Source: Mustelus asterias
Taxonomy: Eukaryota
Direction of reading: 5' to 3'
DNA length: 64,000 bases
Assembly: GCF_964213995.1 (NCBI RefSeq)
Contig: NC_135808.1
Coordinates: 31,062,001-31,126,000 of the forward strand
Positions 1 through 13,230 of this stretch are shown here, one piece after another. Position 1 is the first letter of the stretch. Every line of letters starts with the position of its first letter. The notes under the pieces were generated by a model. That model worked only from the letters and a program-made list of their open reading frames with translations, was not told the origin of the DNA and did not search any database. Both the position numbers and the translations under genes were made by a program.

Positions 1-189
1 TGCTTACCCCAGTCCAACGCCGGCATCTCCACATCATGACCACCTTTTCAATGACCAGAAACTGTACAGCAGAATTTGGCTTTTGCGAAAATTCACAGAT
101 ACAATTGGTCATTAACGCCATGTACCATAAAACGACAGGTCTCCAGCATAGTGTATCATGGAAGCATAAAAAATATATTTGAGAATTTA

Positions 190-2215
190 TAAAGAGGCCA
201 TTCAGCCCATCGTGTCTGCACCGGCCAGAAAAGAGGAAGGAAAAGAACTAGCCACTCATTTTAATCCTACTTTCCAACACCAAATCCATAACGTTGCAGT
301 TTACAACACTTCAGATACAGATCCAAGTGTATTTTAAATGAGTTGAGAGGGTTTCGGCCTCGACTGCAAACATAGGCACTGAATTTCAAATGTGCACCAC
401 TTTAGAATCATGGAATCACACAGTGTGTAAAAGGCCCTACTGTCCATTGAGTCTGCACTGACACATGTGAAACACCTTACCTCCGAAGCCCATTTACCAG
501 CACTTGGCCCATTGCCTTGAATGTTATGACATAGAATCATAGAATCATAGAAACCCTACAGTACAGAAAGAGGCCATTCAGCCCATTGAGTCTGCACCGA
601 CCACAATCCCACCCAGGCCCTACCCCCATATCCCTACATATTTTACCCACTAATCCCTCTGACCTACCCACATGTCAAGTGATCATCCAGGTACTTTTTA
701 AAGTACATGAGGCAACCCGCCTCTACCCACTCCCAGGCAGCACATCCCAGACTGTCACCACTCTCAGTGTAAAAATGTTTTTTCTCACATCCTTCCTAAA
801 GCTCCTGCCCCTCACCTTGAACTTGTGTCCCCTCATGACTGACCCTTCAACTAAGGGATACAGCTACTCCTTATCCATTCATTTTCTGCTTTTACTGCAA
901 TTATATAGGGCTTTGGTGAGGTGACACCTGGAGTTTTGTGTGCAGTTTTGGTGTCCTTATCTGAGGAAGGATGTCCTTACTGTAGAGGGAGTGCAGAGAA
1001 GGTTTACCAGGCTGTTACCAATGGTAGGGAGTCCAGAACTAGGTGTTGTAGTTTGAGAATGAGAAGTAAACATTTTAAAACTGAGGTGAGGAGAAGTTTC
1101 TTCATCCAGAGGGTGATGAATCTCTGGAAATCACTATCACAGAAAGTAGTTGAGGCCAAAACTTCACCTGACTTCAAGAAGAAATTAGATATAGTTCTAG
1201 AAGACAAAGGGATCAAGGGATATGGTGGGAAGGGAGGATCAGGATATTGAATTTGTTGATCAGGATGAATGGTGGAGCAGGCTCGAAGGGCTGAAAGCCC
1301 TTCTCCTCCTTCTAGTTTTTATGTTTCTGTATTTCTCCTCTGTCCATGCCGCTCATAATCTTGTACACTTCAATCAGGTCAGCCCTCAGTATTCTCTGTT
1401 CCAATGAAAACAATGCAATCCTATCTAACTTCTCTTCATAACTTAAATGTTTCATCCCAAGCAGCATCTCCTCTTCACACCCTCCAAATGCAATCACATC
1501 GTTCTGATAATGTGTCGACCAGAAATGCACACAGCACACTTGCTGTGGCCTCAGCAAAGTCCTATACAACTCCAGCATGACCTCCCTGCTTTTATAATCT
1601 GTGCCTTCTGGGTGAAAAAGTTGCTCCACATGGCGATTCTAATCCTTCTACCAATCACCTTAAATCTATGCCCCCAAGTGACCCCTAAACTAGGGGACTA
1701 GTTTTTCCTGCCTCCCCTATAAAAACCCTTCATAACCTCATCCACCTCAATTAGGTCACCCCTTAGCTCCTATGTTCCAATAAAAACTATGCTAGCCCAG
1801 CCAATCTCTCCTCATAGCTGCACTTGTTATGCCACGACAACATTCTTGTATATCTCCCCTGCACTCTCTCCAGAGCAATTACTACTTTGCTGTGTTCTGG
1901 TGACCAGAACTGTTCACAATACTTTAGCTGTGACCTAACAAGTTTTATAAAGTGCTATCATGGCATTCCTGCTTTTGTATTCAATACCTCGCTCCATGAA
2001 GTAAAACATTATGTTTTCTTGACCAACTTGTCCACCTGTCCTGTCACCTTCAGCAACCTGCAGACATGCAGTCCAAGGTCTCTCACTTCTTCTGCCCCAC
2101 CCCATCCTCAATATTCCTCCATTTATTGAGCATTCCCTTGCTCTGTTTGTCCTTGTTAGCTGCATAAGCTCACACTTTTCCAAATTGAATTCTATTTGCT
2201 ACTCCCCTGCCCATT
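190..2215. mobile_element. Cluster of CR1 3' fragments (both strands) and a SINE tail (535-670)
   Basis: ORFs 921+, 1312- and 1935- show CR1 RT C-terminal motifs. Confidence 0.8.
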
Positions 2216-2285
2216 CAATCAAACCACTGATTGATTTGATTTGATTTACTGTTGTCAAATGTACTTGAATACAGTGAAAAGTACC

Positions 2286-2623
2286 GGCGGCACGGTAGCA
2301 CAGTGGTTAGCACTGCTGCTTCACAGCTCCAGGGTCCCGGGTTCGATTCCTGGCTCGGGTCACTGTCTGTGTGGAGTTTGCACATTCTCCTCGTGTCTGC
2401 GTGGGTTTCCTCCGGGTGCTCCGGTTTCCTCCCACAGTCCAAAGATGTGCGGGTTAGGTTGATTGGCCAGGTTATAAATTGCCCCTTAGAGTCCTGGGAT
2501 GCGTAGGTTAGAGGGATTAGCGGGTAAAATATGTGGGGGTAGGGCCTAGGTGAGATTGTGGTCGGTGCAGACTCGATGGGCCGAACGGCCTCCTTCTGCA
2601 CTGTAGGGTTTCTATGATTCTAT
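2286..2623 (+). mobile_element. HE1-type (V-SINE) tRNA-derived SINE, full length
   Basis: A box cacagtggttagc, B box ggttcgattcc, V core, LINE-like tail tctatgattc; aagta repeat on both sides. Confidence 0.92.
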
Positions 2624-3889
2624 AAGTATTGTTTCGTGTGCGCTATTCAGTCAAAATATTCTGCTCATAAAGTACATGGGGGGAAAGGGAAAAGGATGGG
2701 GTACAGAATATAGTGTTGCAGTTACAGGTAGGGTGAAGAGAAAGATCAGCTCAAAAGTCTGATGATAGGAGGGAAAAAGCTGTTCGTTTATCTGTTTTCA
2801 AACTTTTGTATCTTGTTTTCCCGGCAGAAGAAGGTCGAAGAGAGTATTTCTGATTGATATCATTCTGGTGTCGACAGCTATCCTCAACACGGCCATTTTT
2901 TGTGTATTCTGCAAATTCCCCAGTCGAGGCTCCATGTAAACTTCATATTTAATCTGTGCCTCCGGCTTAGTGACCAACAGTCAGGGTGACACTCTGGTGA
3001 CAGTGAAAGTTAAGCGAACCTCAGACACTTCTGATTGAACTTTCTGTCAGTCGATCTGCTATATGTATGCTTGCTGTCAGCCACCCATGTGTTACCGGAA
3101 ATCCTTCTCTTTGTAAATTGCACTTCTCTCTCATTATGCTTGCTGGAAACCACCCAGATAATGCAAAAATCGCCCCTCTAGATAATGGGGTCTCACTGGG
3201 TGCATTCTGTTCACTGCCACGGATCCAGCGAAATTGCTGCAATTCAGTACAGCTTTCCCTCGAAGCTACTGTGTCACAGCTGCTGTTATTCAAGCCCATG
3301 CTGCTCGTCTCCTCTTATGCCTGGCTACTTATGTCTATGTGACCAATGAATGATTAGACGACAGCTTGTGGGATGAATGTGCATCTCTGCTAAAGATGAT
3401 TATTTTATCAGAATCACAGAACAATGGAAACTTGCATTTGAGGCTAGCCACGGATCACACCCACATTACATTTGGAGAAGATTGAGAAGTGTCTTAACAC
3501 TTAAAGGATGACCAAAACTGTGTTCAAAAAACATTGCACAGGCATTGAAAAGTTTCAGGTTCAATACTACCCTGGGGAAGTAATAATTCTTCAAGATGTG
3601 CTACATAGGTGGGAAGGTGGGAGTGGGTTTAGGGTCGATTCACCCTTTGAGAGAGAAATAAAATCATGCTAATTCTTAATCCCAGTCAATGAGACCACAG
3701 TCGACGAAAACATTTGGGTAGTTTCAAAGTTAGAATTATATGAAATGCAAACAGCCCCATGGAGATAACATTCCCTGCTTAAAATAATGCAGTGTCTTGA
3801 GTTGAACTGAAAATTATTACTGATTAATTTTAACTGGAATGCATGGGTTTTCCAAAGCCCCTAGTTTGTGAAGCTGTTGGAAATACCAA

Positions 3890-5350
3890 GAATATTGTGT
3901 GCAGTTTTGGTCTCCTTTTCTGAGGAAAGATGTTCTTGCTGTCAAGGAAGTGCAGCTTCGTTTTACCAGGCTGATTCTGGGATGGCAGGACTGATGTATG
4001 ATGAGAGATTGACTTGGTTAGGATTGTTTTCTTTGGAGTTCAGATGAATGAGGGGGGAATCTCATAGAGACTTATAAAATTCTAACAGGACTAGACATGG
4101 TAGATGCAGGGAGGATGTTTCCGATGGTGGTTCTGTCCAGATCCAGGGCTCACAGTCTGAAGATCCGGGATTGACCATTTAGGACGGAGATGAGGAGAAA
4201 TTTCCTCACCCAAAGAGTAGTGAGCCTGTGCAATTCATTACCACAGGAAGTAGTTGAATGTATTCAAGAGGCGGGCTAGATATAGCACTTGGGGCAAATG
4301 GAATCAAACGTTATGGGGAGAAAGCAAGATTAGGCTATTGAGTTGGACGATCATCCATGATCGTGATGAATGGCGCAGCAGGGCCAAATGGCCTCTTCCT
4401 TCTCCTATCTTCTATAGAATCCCTACAGGGCAGAAGGAGGCCATTCGGCCCATCGCGTCTGTACAGATCACAATCACACTCAAGTCCTATTCACGTCACC
4501 ATACATATTTACCCTGCTAATCCCCCTGACACTAGGGTCAATTTAGCATGGCCAATACACCTAACCCGCACATCTTTGGACTGTGGGAGGAAACCGGAGC
4601 ACCCGGAGGAAACCCACGCAGACACGAGGAGAATGTGCAAACTCTGCACAGTCAGTGATCCAAGGCTGGAATTGAACCCGGGACCCTGGTGCTATGAGGC
4701 AGCAATGCTAACCACTGTGCACTGTGCTGCCCTTATGTTTCTAGGAAATCGTGCATTTCAAAGTGGTTACCGTGTCTCTCCCACCCAGGTGTGAAGGAGA
4801 GGGAGCCCTTGTGCTGCGCGGGTCCTTTAATATCACCTTCACCACATGTAACCCCTCCTCCCTCACCCCAGTCACTGGAACTGGTGATACACTGGTATTT
4901 AATATGACACAGTTTACAAGAATGTTGCCAGGGCTAGCTATAAGGAGAGACTGGAGAGGTTGGAGTCGTTTCCCTTGGAACAAAGACTTGATAGAGGTGT
5001 ACAAAATTATGAGGGGAAGAAATAGAGTGGCTAGGATAAAATTGTTTGCCTTTGTCAAGAATTCTAGGACCAGGAACATAGATTCAAGATCTGTGGCAGT
5101 AGGTGTCGAGGGGACATGGGGAAGAACGTTTTTACACAGAGGGTGGTGAGTTCTGGAATTTGTTGCCCGAATTGGGAATGGAGGGAGAAACCTTAAGATC
5201 TTCAGGTGAGGATCCAACTAACTTTTTAAGTGCTATAAACTTTGGCCAGGTGCGGGAAGGTGGTGTTAGAAAGGGCACCTGGGTGTATTCGGGCTGGTAT
5301 GGACAAGATGGGACGAATGGCCTCTTCTGTGCTGTAACTTTTCTATGGTT
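3890..5350. mobile_element. Two plus-strand CR1 3' ends flanking a minus-strand HE1-like SINE (4412-4733)
   Basis: FWSP/FFTQRVV-type sequence and V-SINE core. Confidence 0.8.
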
Positions 5351-5397
5351 CTGGGCCATTCGCACCCCCAAATATAAAAACACACGAGCGTCAGCAA

Positions 5398-5482
5398 TAC
5401 ATTTGGAGAAGATTGAGAAGTGTCTTAACACTTCAAGGATGACCAAAACTGTTCAAAAAACTTTGCCCAGGCATTGAAAAGT
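5398..5482 (+). repeat. 85-bp direct copy of 3467-3553
   Basis: Near-identical by direct comparison (3 substitutions, one 2-bp indel). Confidence 0.9.
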
Positions 5483-6007
5483 ATATATATATAAACACAC
5501 GAGTGTCAGCCGGCGCCATTCAAATCTGGCTGTTGGTTAATTGTTAGTCATCGGTTCTGGTGAGCCAATTAGTTGCTGAGTTTTTATTCACATTACAACA
5601 ACGAGTGAGTTTTAATAACACGCTTTTGGCTGCAAAAAGCTTCGAAATGGATCCGCCCACCATCGCACAACAAGGAGGGAGAAAGCATTTAACCCCCTTC
5701 CAGCGCCATGCACCACAGAATGTCTGACACGAAATGTAAATATAGATTGTAAATATAGCATGAAATGGCAAGTGTGGTGCGGAAGCCAGTGTGCCAAAAG
5801 AACCCGAAGTTTAGAGCAAATCACTCAACAGAGGACCTGTACCGTCCTGTAAGGTACGTTTTCACATTTTCTGAAGAATGTTTATGGGATGGAGTTGTAA
5901 AATACTTTGGGACGTCGGCGAAAAGTAAATGCAAGTGTTACGCCTGGAGCAAGGATAAACACATACACACACTGACACAGGGACACACACAGGCACAGGT
6001 ACACACA

Positions 6008-6147
6008 TAATAAAAGCAAATTACTGCGGATGCTGGAATCTGAAACCAAGAGAGAAAATGCTGGAAAATCTCAGCAGGTCTGGCAGCATCTGTAAGGGGA
6101 GAAAAGAGCTGACGTTTCGAATCCAAATGATTCTTTCTCAAAGGCAG
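6008..6147 (-). mobile_element. Penelope-derived mini-element, family B
   Basis: Matches 34198-34330; TSD caggtacacaca (5996, 6148). Confidence 0.75.
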
Positions 6148-6371
6148 CAGGTACACACACACGGAATCTGGGATAAATAACAGAAAATGCTGCAAGTGTA
6201 CAACAGACCAGTCTGACAGAAATCGCTCAGTTACACAGCTCAGTTCAGCACAGACTATTCCGTCCCCCATCCTGAAAACATCAGATGTGATCCACAAGCC
6301 TCTTGCAGTCGATGATCCCGGTAAGCCAGCGGGGTCGACATTCAATGAAGCAGCCGGAACAGGGTACTTAC

Positions 6372-6438
6372 CAACTGTTTGTACCCGATAGAAACACAGC
6401 GCAAGCGACAGAAACACTCCTTGCACTCCGCCTGCCAT
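6372..6438 (-). CDS. First coding exon (signal peptide MAGGVQGVFLSLALCFYRVQTV) of a secreted or membrane protein; candidate MHC/antigen-presentation gene
   Basis: ggaATGG Kozak context, hydrophobic core, 67 nt ending in a phase-1 G|gtaagt donor, CpG-rich surroundings. No convincing exon 2 found in the window. Confidence 0.7.
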
Positions 6439-6530
6439 TCCTCTCAGCGACCGACTGGGTAAGATTGGGACTCCGTGAAAAAAGGCGAGCTGAGCTTCAC
6501 TCACAAGTGGTGAGTGAGAGTCCCTCCCGT

Positions 6531-6573
6531 CCAATCGCAGTCAGAAATTGCGGAGCCGTCACTGGTTAGCAAG
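6531..6573 (-). promoter_or_regulatory. MHC-type X1-X2-Y promoter module
   Basis: Minus strand reads CTTGCTAACCAG-TGACG-(21 nt)-ATTGG, about 95-135 nt upstream of the leader ATG. Order and spacing match HLA class I/II promoters. Confidence 0.6.
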
Positions 6574-6689
6574 TGGTTCTCTCGCTGACTGGCTCACAGT
6601 CCAAAGTCTGCTTGTCGGGCCGGCGATAGGTGTGTAAAATAGTTTTTTCAAGGATCATGAGTAATATTATGATCAACACAATACCTCAG

Positions 6690-7255
6690 GATTCTCCGGG
6701 TTCCTCCCACACTCCAAAGATGTGCATATTAGGTGGATTCGCCATGCTAAATTGTCCCTTAGTGTCCCAAGATGTGTAGGTTACGCGGGGGCTGGGGGGG
6801 GGGGGGGGGCAGGGGGTAGTCATGGCAAATGTGCGGGGATAAGGGGAAGGGAGAGGCCCTGGGAAAGATATTCTGTCAGAGAATCGGTGCAGACTAGATG
6901 GGTCTAATGGCCCCTTCTATACTGTCGGGATTCTATTAATACACAAGAGCAACTGGATTTCAAATCATGGCAATTCTCACCCGCATGGGGAAATTTTAAC
7001 CCAATCCAAAAAATTAACCCAACAATTTCAAAGTTAAACAGAAAAAAAATAAAACCCCAGATCCAGTCCAAAGTCACAGTCCAAAGATGTGTGGGTTAGG
7101 TTGATTGGCCATGCTAAAGTGACCTCAGTGTTCGGAGAATTAGCAGGGTAAATATGTGGCGTTCTGGGAATAGGATCTAGGTGGGACTGTGGTCAGTGCA
7201 GACTCAATGGGCCGAATGACCTCCTTCTGCACTGTAGGGATTATATGATTCTATG
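6690..7255 (+). mobile_element. Two 5'-truncated HE1-like SINEs
   Basis: V core and tail sequence at 6690-6935 and 7075-7255. Confidence 0.8.
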
Positions 7256-9321
7256 ACCACCATAGGCTGCTGTCCCCTTTAAGGGGGAGAGCTGACTGGT
7301 GGTGATTTAACCTGAGGATTAGCACACCCCAGGCGAGGGGCAAGGATGAGTAGGTGGGCCTTCATGAATACTTGCTGATTTAAAAAATAACAGTTCTAAA
7401 GAATACAGTTGTAAATAGTGCACAAGTACTGAATAACCTGGAAGTGCAGCTGCATCGATCATTGACATTTTGAAGAGTGTTTAGCAAAATATGTGGAATC
7501 TTGGGCTTCAACTACAGCAATTGAATGCAAAAGCCAGGAAGTTAGACTGAACCACAGAGAGGCAACAGCTTTCAAACCCACAACCATTGCCAGCAGGAGA
7601 TAGAGAAACAGATATTTAGGCAGATTTTGGCAAGGTGTAAAAGTAACAGGGTTGTAGTGGTGGGAGATTTTTACTTCCCCTTTATTGACTGGGACTCACT
7701 TAGTGCTAGGGACCTGAATGGGGCAGCGTTTATAAGGAGCATCCAGGAGGGCTTCTTGAAAGAGTATGTGGATAGTCCAACTAGGACTATCATACTGGAC
7801 CTGGTATTGGGGAATGAGCCCGGCCAGGTGGTCGATGTTTCAGTAGGGGAGCAGTTCAGGAACAGTGACCACAATTCAGTAAGCTTTAAGGTACTGATGG
7901 ATAAAGATAAGTGTAGTCCTCAAGTGAAGGTGCTAAATTGGGGGAAGGCTAATTGCAACAATATTAGGCAGGAACTGAAGAATGTTGATTGGGGGCAGAT
8001 GTTTGAGGGCAAATCAGCATCTGGCAGGTGGGAGGCTTTCAAGTGTAAGTTGATAGGTATTCAGGACCAGCACATTCCTGTCAGGATGAAGGATAAGTAT
8101 GGCAAGTTTGGGGAACCTTGGATAACGAGAGATATTGTGAGCCTAGTCAAAGAGAAAAAGGAAGCTTTGTCAAAACTAGGAAGCTGAGAACACACAAAGC
8201 ACGTGTGAAATACAAGGAAAGTAGAAAGAAACTTAAGCAAGGAGTAAGGAGGGCTAAAAGGGGTTATGAAAAAGCATTGACCAGCAGGATGAAGGAAAAT
8301 CCCAAGGCTTTTTATACATGTATAAAGAGCAAGAGGGTAGCCAGGGAGAGGGTTGGCCCACTCAAGGACAATGGAGGGAATCTATGCGTGGAGCCAGAGG
8401 AAATGGGAAAGGTATTAAATGAGTACTTTGCGTCAGTATTCACCAAATAGAATGACTTGGTAGATGATGAATCTGGGATAGGGTGTGTAGATAGTTTGAG
8501 TCATGTTGAGATCAAAAAGGAGGAGGTATTGGGGTTCTTGAGAAACATTAAGGTAGACAAGTCCCCAGGGCCTGATGGGATGTACCCCAGAATACTGAGA
8601 GGGGCAAGGGAGGAAATTGCTGGGGCCTTGAGATAAATCTTTGTATCCTCACTGGCTACAGGGGAGGTCCCAGAGGAGAATAGCTAATGTTGTTCCTTTG
8701 TTTAAGAAGGGTAGCAAGAATAATCCAGGTAATTACAGGCTGGTAAGCCTTGCATCAGTGGTAGGGAAATTATTGGAGAGGATTCCTTCAGACAGGATTC
8801 ATTCCCACTTGGAAATAAGTGGACGTATTAGTGAGAGGCAACATGGTTTTGTGAAGGGGAGGTCGTGACTCACTAACTTGATTGAGTTTTTCGAGGAAGT
8901 GATGAAGATGATTGATGAGGGTAGGGCAGTGGATGTTGGCTACATAGACTTCAGTAAGGCCTTTGACAAAGTCCCTCATGGCAGACTGGTGCAGAAGGTG
9001 AAGTTGCATTGGATCAGAGGTGAGCTGGCAAGGTGGATACAAAACTGGCTCAGTCAAAGAAAACAGAGGGTAGCAATAGAAGGGTGCATTTCGGAATGGA
9101 GGGCTGTGACAAGTGGCGTTCCTCAGGGATCAGTGCTGGGACCTTTGCTGTTTGTAATATATATAAATGATTTGGAGGAAAATGTAAGTGGTTTGATTAG
9201 TAAGTTTGCGGACGACACAAAGGTTGGTAGATTTGCAGATAGTGATGAGGACCATCAGAGGATACAGCAGGATATAGACCAGTTGGAGAATTGGGCGGAG
9301 AGGTGGCAGATGGAGTTTAAT

Positions 9322-9672
9322 CATAGAAAGAAATAATAGAAACCCCACAGTACAGAAAGAGGCCATTCGGCCCATCGAGTCTGCACCGACCACAATCCCA
9401 CCCAGACCCTACTCCCATATCCCTACATATTTTACCCACTAATCCCTCTAACCTACGCATCTCAGGACACTGAGGAGCAATTTTAGCACGGCCAATCAAC
9501 CTAACCCACACATCTTTGGACTGTGGGAGGAAACCGGAGCACCCGGAAGAAACCCATGCAGACACGAGGAGAATGTGCAAACTCCACACAGACAGTGACC
9601 CAAGCCGGGAACCGAAACCAGGTCCCTGGAGCTGTGAAGCAGCAGTGCTAACCACTGTGCTACCGTGCCGCC
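9322..9672 (-). mobile_element. HE1-type SINE
   Basis: Near-identical to the 2286 copy; splits the CR1 RT at EFN|PDKC. Confidence 0.92.
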
Positions 9673-10142
9673 CGGACAAATGTGAGCTAATGCATTTTGG
9701 AAGGTCTAATATAAACAGGAAATATACAGTCAATGGCAGAACCCTTAAGAGTATTGATAGGCAGAGGGATCTGGGTGTACAGATACATAGGTCACTGAAA
9801 GTGGCAACGCAGGTAGAGAAGGCAGTCAAGAAGACATATGGTATGCTTGCCTTCATCAGCTGGGGCATTGAGTTTAAAAATTGGCAAGTCATGTTGACGC
9901 TTTGTAGAACCTTAGTTAGGCCGTACTTGGAATATAGTGTTCAATTCTGGTCGCTGCACTACCAGAAGGATGTGGAGGCTTTGGAGAAGGTACAGAAAAG
10001 ATTTACCAGGATGTTGCCTGGTATGGAGGGCATTAGCTATGAGGAGAGGTTGGAGAAACTTGGTTTGTTCTCACTTGAATGACGGAGTTTGTGGGGTGTC
10101 CTGCTAGAAGTCTACAAGATTTCAAGGGCGGCAAGATTACAA

Positions 10143-10473
10143 GGGCAGCACGGTAGCACAATGGTTAGCACTGCTGCTTCACAGCTCCAGGGACCTGGGT
10201 TCGATTCCCAGCTTGGGTCACTGTCTGTGTGGAGTTTGCACATTCTCCTCGTGTCTGCGTGGGTTTCCTCCGGGTGCTCCGGTTTCCTCCCACAGTCCAA
10301 AGATGTGCGGGTTAGGTTGATTGGCCATGCTAAAATTGCCCCTTAGTGTCCTGAGATGCGTGGATTAGCGGGTAAATGTGTAGGGATATGGGGATAGGGC
10401 CTGGGTGGGATTGTGGTCGGTGCAGACTTGATGGGCCAAATGGCCTGTTTCTGCACTGTAGAGATTCTATGAT
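10143..10473 (+). mobile_element. HE1-type SINE
   Basis: A/B boxes, V core and tail. Confidence 0.92.
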
Positions 10474-11119
10474 TTATGAGAGGCATGGAGAGTGGCTAGT
10501 CGAAGCTTTTTCCCAGGGTGGAAGAGTCAATTACTAGGGGCCATAGTTTTAAGGTGTGAGGGGCAAGGTTTAAAGGAGATGTACGAGGCAGGTTTTTTAC
10601 AGAGCGTGGTGAGTGCCTGGAACTCGTTGCCGGGGGAGGTAGTGGAAGCGGATGCGATAGTGTGTATTAAGGGGCATCTGGACAAATATATGAATAGGAT
10701 GGGAATAAAGGGATATGGTCCCCGGAAGGGTAGAGGGTTTTAGTTAAGTCGGGTAGCATGGTCGGTGCAGGCTTGGAGGGCCGAAGGGCCTGTTCCTGTG
10801 CTGTAATTTTCTTTGTTCTTTGTTCACTACCATCTAGATTGGACAAGGGCAGCAGATACCTGGTAACACCACCGCCTGGAAATTTCACGACAAGTCACTC
10901 ACCACACTGACTTGGAAATATATCGGCCGTTCCATCACTTTCGCTGGGTCAGGATCCTAGAACTCCCTCTCGAACAGCACCATGGGCGTACCTATACCAC
11001 AGGGACTGCAGAAGTTCAAAGAAGACAGATCAACACCACCTTCTCAGGGGCAATTAAGAATGAACAATGAACACAGGTTTTGTCAATGATGCCCACATTT
11101 CATAAAATAATTTAAAATG

Positions 11120-12400
11120 ATTGGAGCATCCAGTTTTGGTCACCACACTGGGAAGGATGTGATGGTATTTTGAGAGGGTGAAAAGCAGATTTACTCAGTG
11201 TTCCAGGAATTAAGGACTTTGGCTAATATGTTAGAATGGAGAATATGTTGTTATTCTGCTTGGAGCGGCTTCTGAGGGAAGACTTAATAGAGGTGTACAA
11301 TATTATGACAGGTTTAGATAAGGTCGATAAAGAAAAATCATTCCCATTAACTGACACAGATAGAAAAAGTGTTAAATAATACACTCCAAGATTGGGAGTG
11401 TTCCTCGCTTTGTGGAGCATATTATGTGGTGCAATGCAATTGATGACACCACCACACCAATTTCCAAAAAATAGAATCACAGAATTGATGGCCATTTGGC
11501 CCATCGTGTCTGCACCAACTCTCCAGATAACCACCATGACTTAATGCCATTCTCCTGACTTTTCTCCATATCCCTGCACATTGTTTCTATTCAAATAATC
11601 ATCTAATGCGCTCTTCAATGCTTCGATTGAACCTGCCTCCATCACACTTCCAGACAGCGTATTCTAGACTCGAACCACTCCTGTGAAAATGTTTTTCCTC
11701 ACATCAAATTTGCTTCTTTTACAAATCACTTTCAATTTATGCCCTCTCATTCTTGATCCTTTTATGAGCGGGACAGCTTCTTCCTTTCTACTCTGTTCAG
11801 CCTCCTCATGATTTGGAACGTTTCTATTAAATCTCCTCTTGGCCTTCTTCTCTCCAAGGAGAAAAGTTCCAACCTCGCCAATCTATCATCATAATTGAAG
11901 TTTCTCATTCCTGGAACCATTATTGGGAAACTTCTTCTGCGCGTTCTCCAATGTGTTCACATCTTTCCTATAGTGAGGCACACAGAACTGTACACAATCT
12001 TATAGCTGGAGTCTAACTAATGTCTTGCATAAGTTTAGCTTAACCTTCTTGCTCTTGTAGTCTATGCCCCTGTTAACAAAGCCAAGAATAATACCTGCTT
12101 TATTAATTCCTCTCTCCACCTTCACCTTCAATGATCTATGTACATATACATGCAGGTCCCTTTGTTCCTGCACCCTTTTAAAAATTTCACCCCTTATTTT
12201 ATATTCTCTCTCTCTAAATTCTTGCGACCAAAATTCATTCTGTCAAAACTGTTATGTTCAAACCATTTTGAACTTCATCTGCCAGCCATCTGTCCATCAA
12301 CTTGGTACATCTTTTTGAATTTCAACGCTGTTGTCTTCACGGTTTACAATGCTTGTAACTTTGAAACCTTCTCTTACACACCAAAATCTAGTTAGATTAT
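11120..12400. mobile_element. CR1 fragments (+ 11120-11370; - 11470-12400)
   Basis: Degenerate CR1 3' regions. Confidence 0.75.
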
Positions 12401-12999
12401 TAATATATAGTTGGGGTACTCACCCTTGTCATGTAAATATCAATCTAAAAGGCTATTAAGTAACCATCACATTGCAACAATGCCATCAGAGGCAATAATA
12501 TACCTTCCGAGTGAAGCTTGGGAAGGTTGGGAATTCCGTTTTTAAGGATTTGAAAATGGTAGCTGAGAACAGAGTCTCAGCTTTGAAGTTAAAGCTCTAT
12601 TGAGTACAGGAACTGCTCACTTAAGTGGACAGAGGAAACTATTGGACATTTTCCATGAGGAGGACTCTGCTCTGTCTCAGAGGGATCTTTTCATCAAATA
12701 TATCCCAGTCCGTTCCACAGAGGTGAGCATGAAAATTGCCTGAGGCAGTTAAGGATTGCTGCCTCAGTTGGAGACACAACCTCCAGTGAGGAGGAAAGAA
12801 GAATTAGGTGGTGGTGGAGGAGGAGGGTGAGCAGAAGAAGGGGATGCAGAGAGGATCATGCTGCTGTGGTTCCACAGGAAGAAGACAGATCAGTGCCAGA
12901 CCTCGAGAGTCAGGGGAACCCAGACACCTTCAGTGAAGCACCGGATGAATTGATGCTGCCTCATGGGTAAAGAGGCAAAGATTCGGCTACCTGAAACTA

Positions 13000-13230
13000 A
13001 CCTTATGAGGCTACTAAACCTGTTGTGGCACTGGGACTAAATCCTCCTCACTGTGGTAACACCTGTTGACCTCAGCGACCCCCTCCTCCCACATCTGCCT
13101 GGGCTTCCTCCTCTTCCAAGCAATTGGCATGCGCTGGCCAGGTCTATCCTTTACTGCACACAGGAGGGAACCAATGGCAGCCTCATTGAATCTGGGGGAA
13201 GTTTTGTCCCTCCCATTGCAACGACAGCGC
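13000..13230 (-). mobile_element. PIF/Harbinger Myb/SANT-like protein remnant
   Basis: PRFNEAAIGSLLCAVKDR..MWEEGVAEVN, then after a frameshift RI*SQCHNRFSSL, resembles the Harbinger trihelix domain. Confidence 0.6.

Larger units (their letters stand above)
7590..10825 (+). mobile_element. Decayed CR1 LINE ORF2 with two nested SINEs
   Basis: Fragmented APE/RT ORFs (VVGDF, SDHN, QGSVLGP, FADD); SINEs at 9322 and 10143. Confidence 0.93.

Noticed and set aside
2286-2360. tRNA genes at SINE heads
   Set aside because: A/B boxes belong to tRNA-derived SINEs; there is no acceptor stem and each continues into the V core.
3021-3299. 92-aa minus ORF as exon 2 of the leader-bearing gene
   Set aside because: Phase-1 readings from nearby acceptors hit stops, and there are no MHC or Ig motifs.
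5938-6534. 198-aa ORF as a single-exon gene
   Set aside because: Non-ATG start; it runs through the leader exon donor into intron and a repeat.
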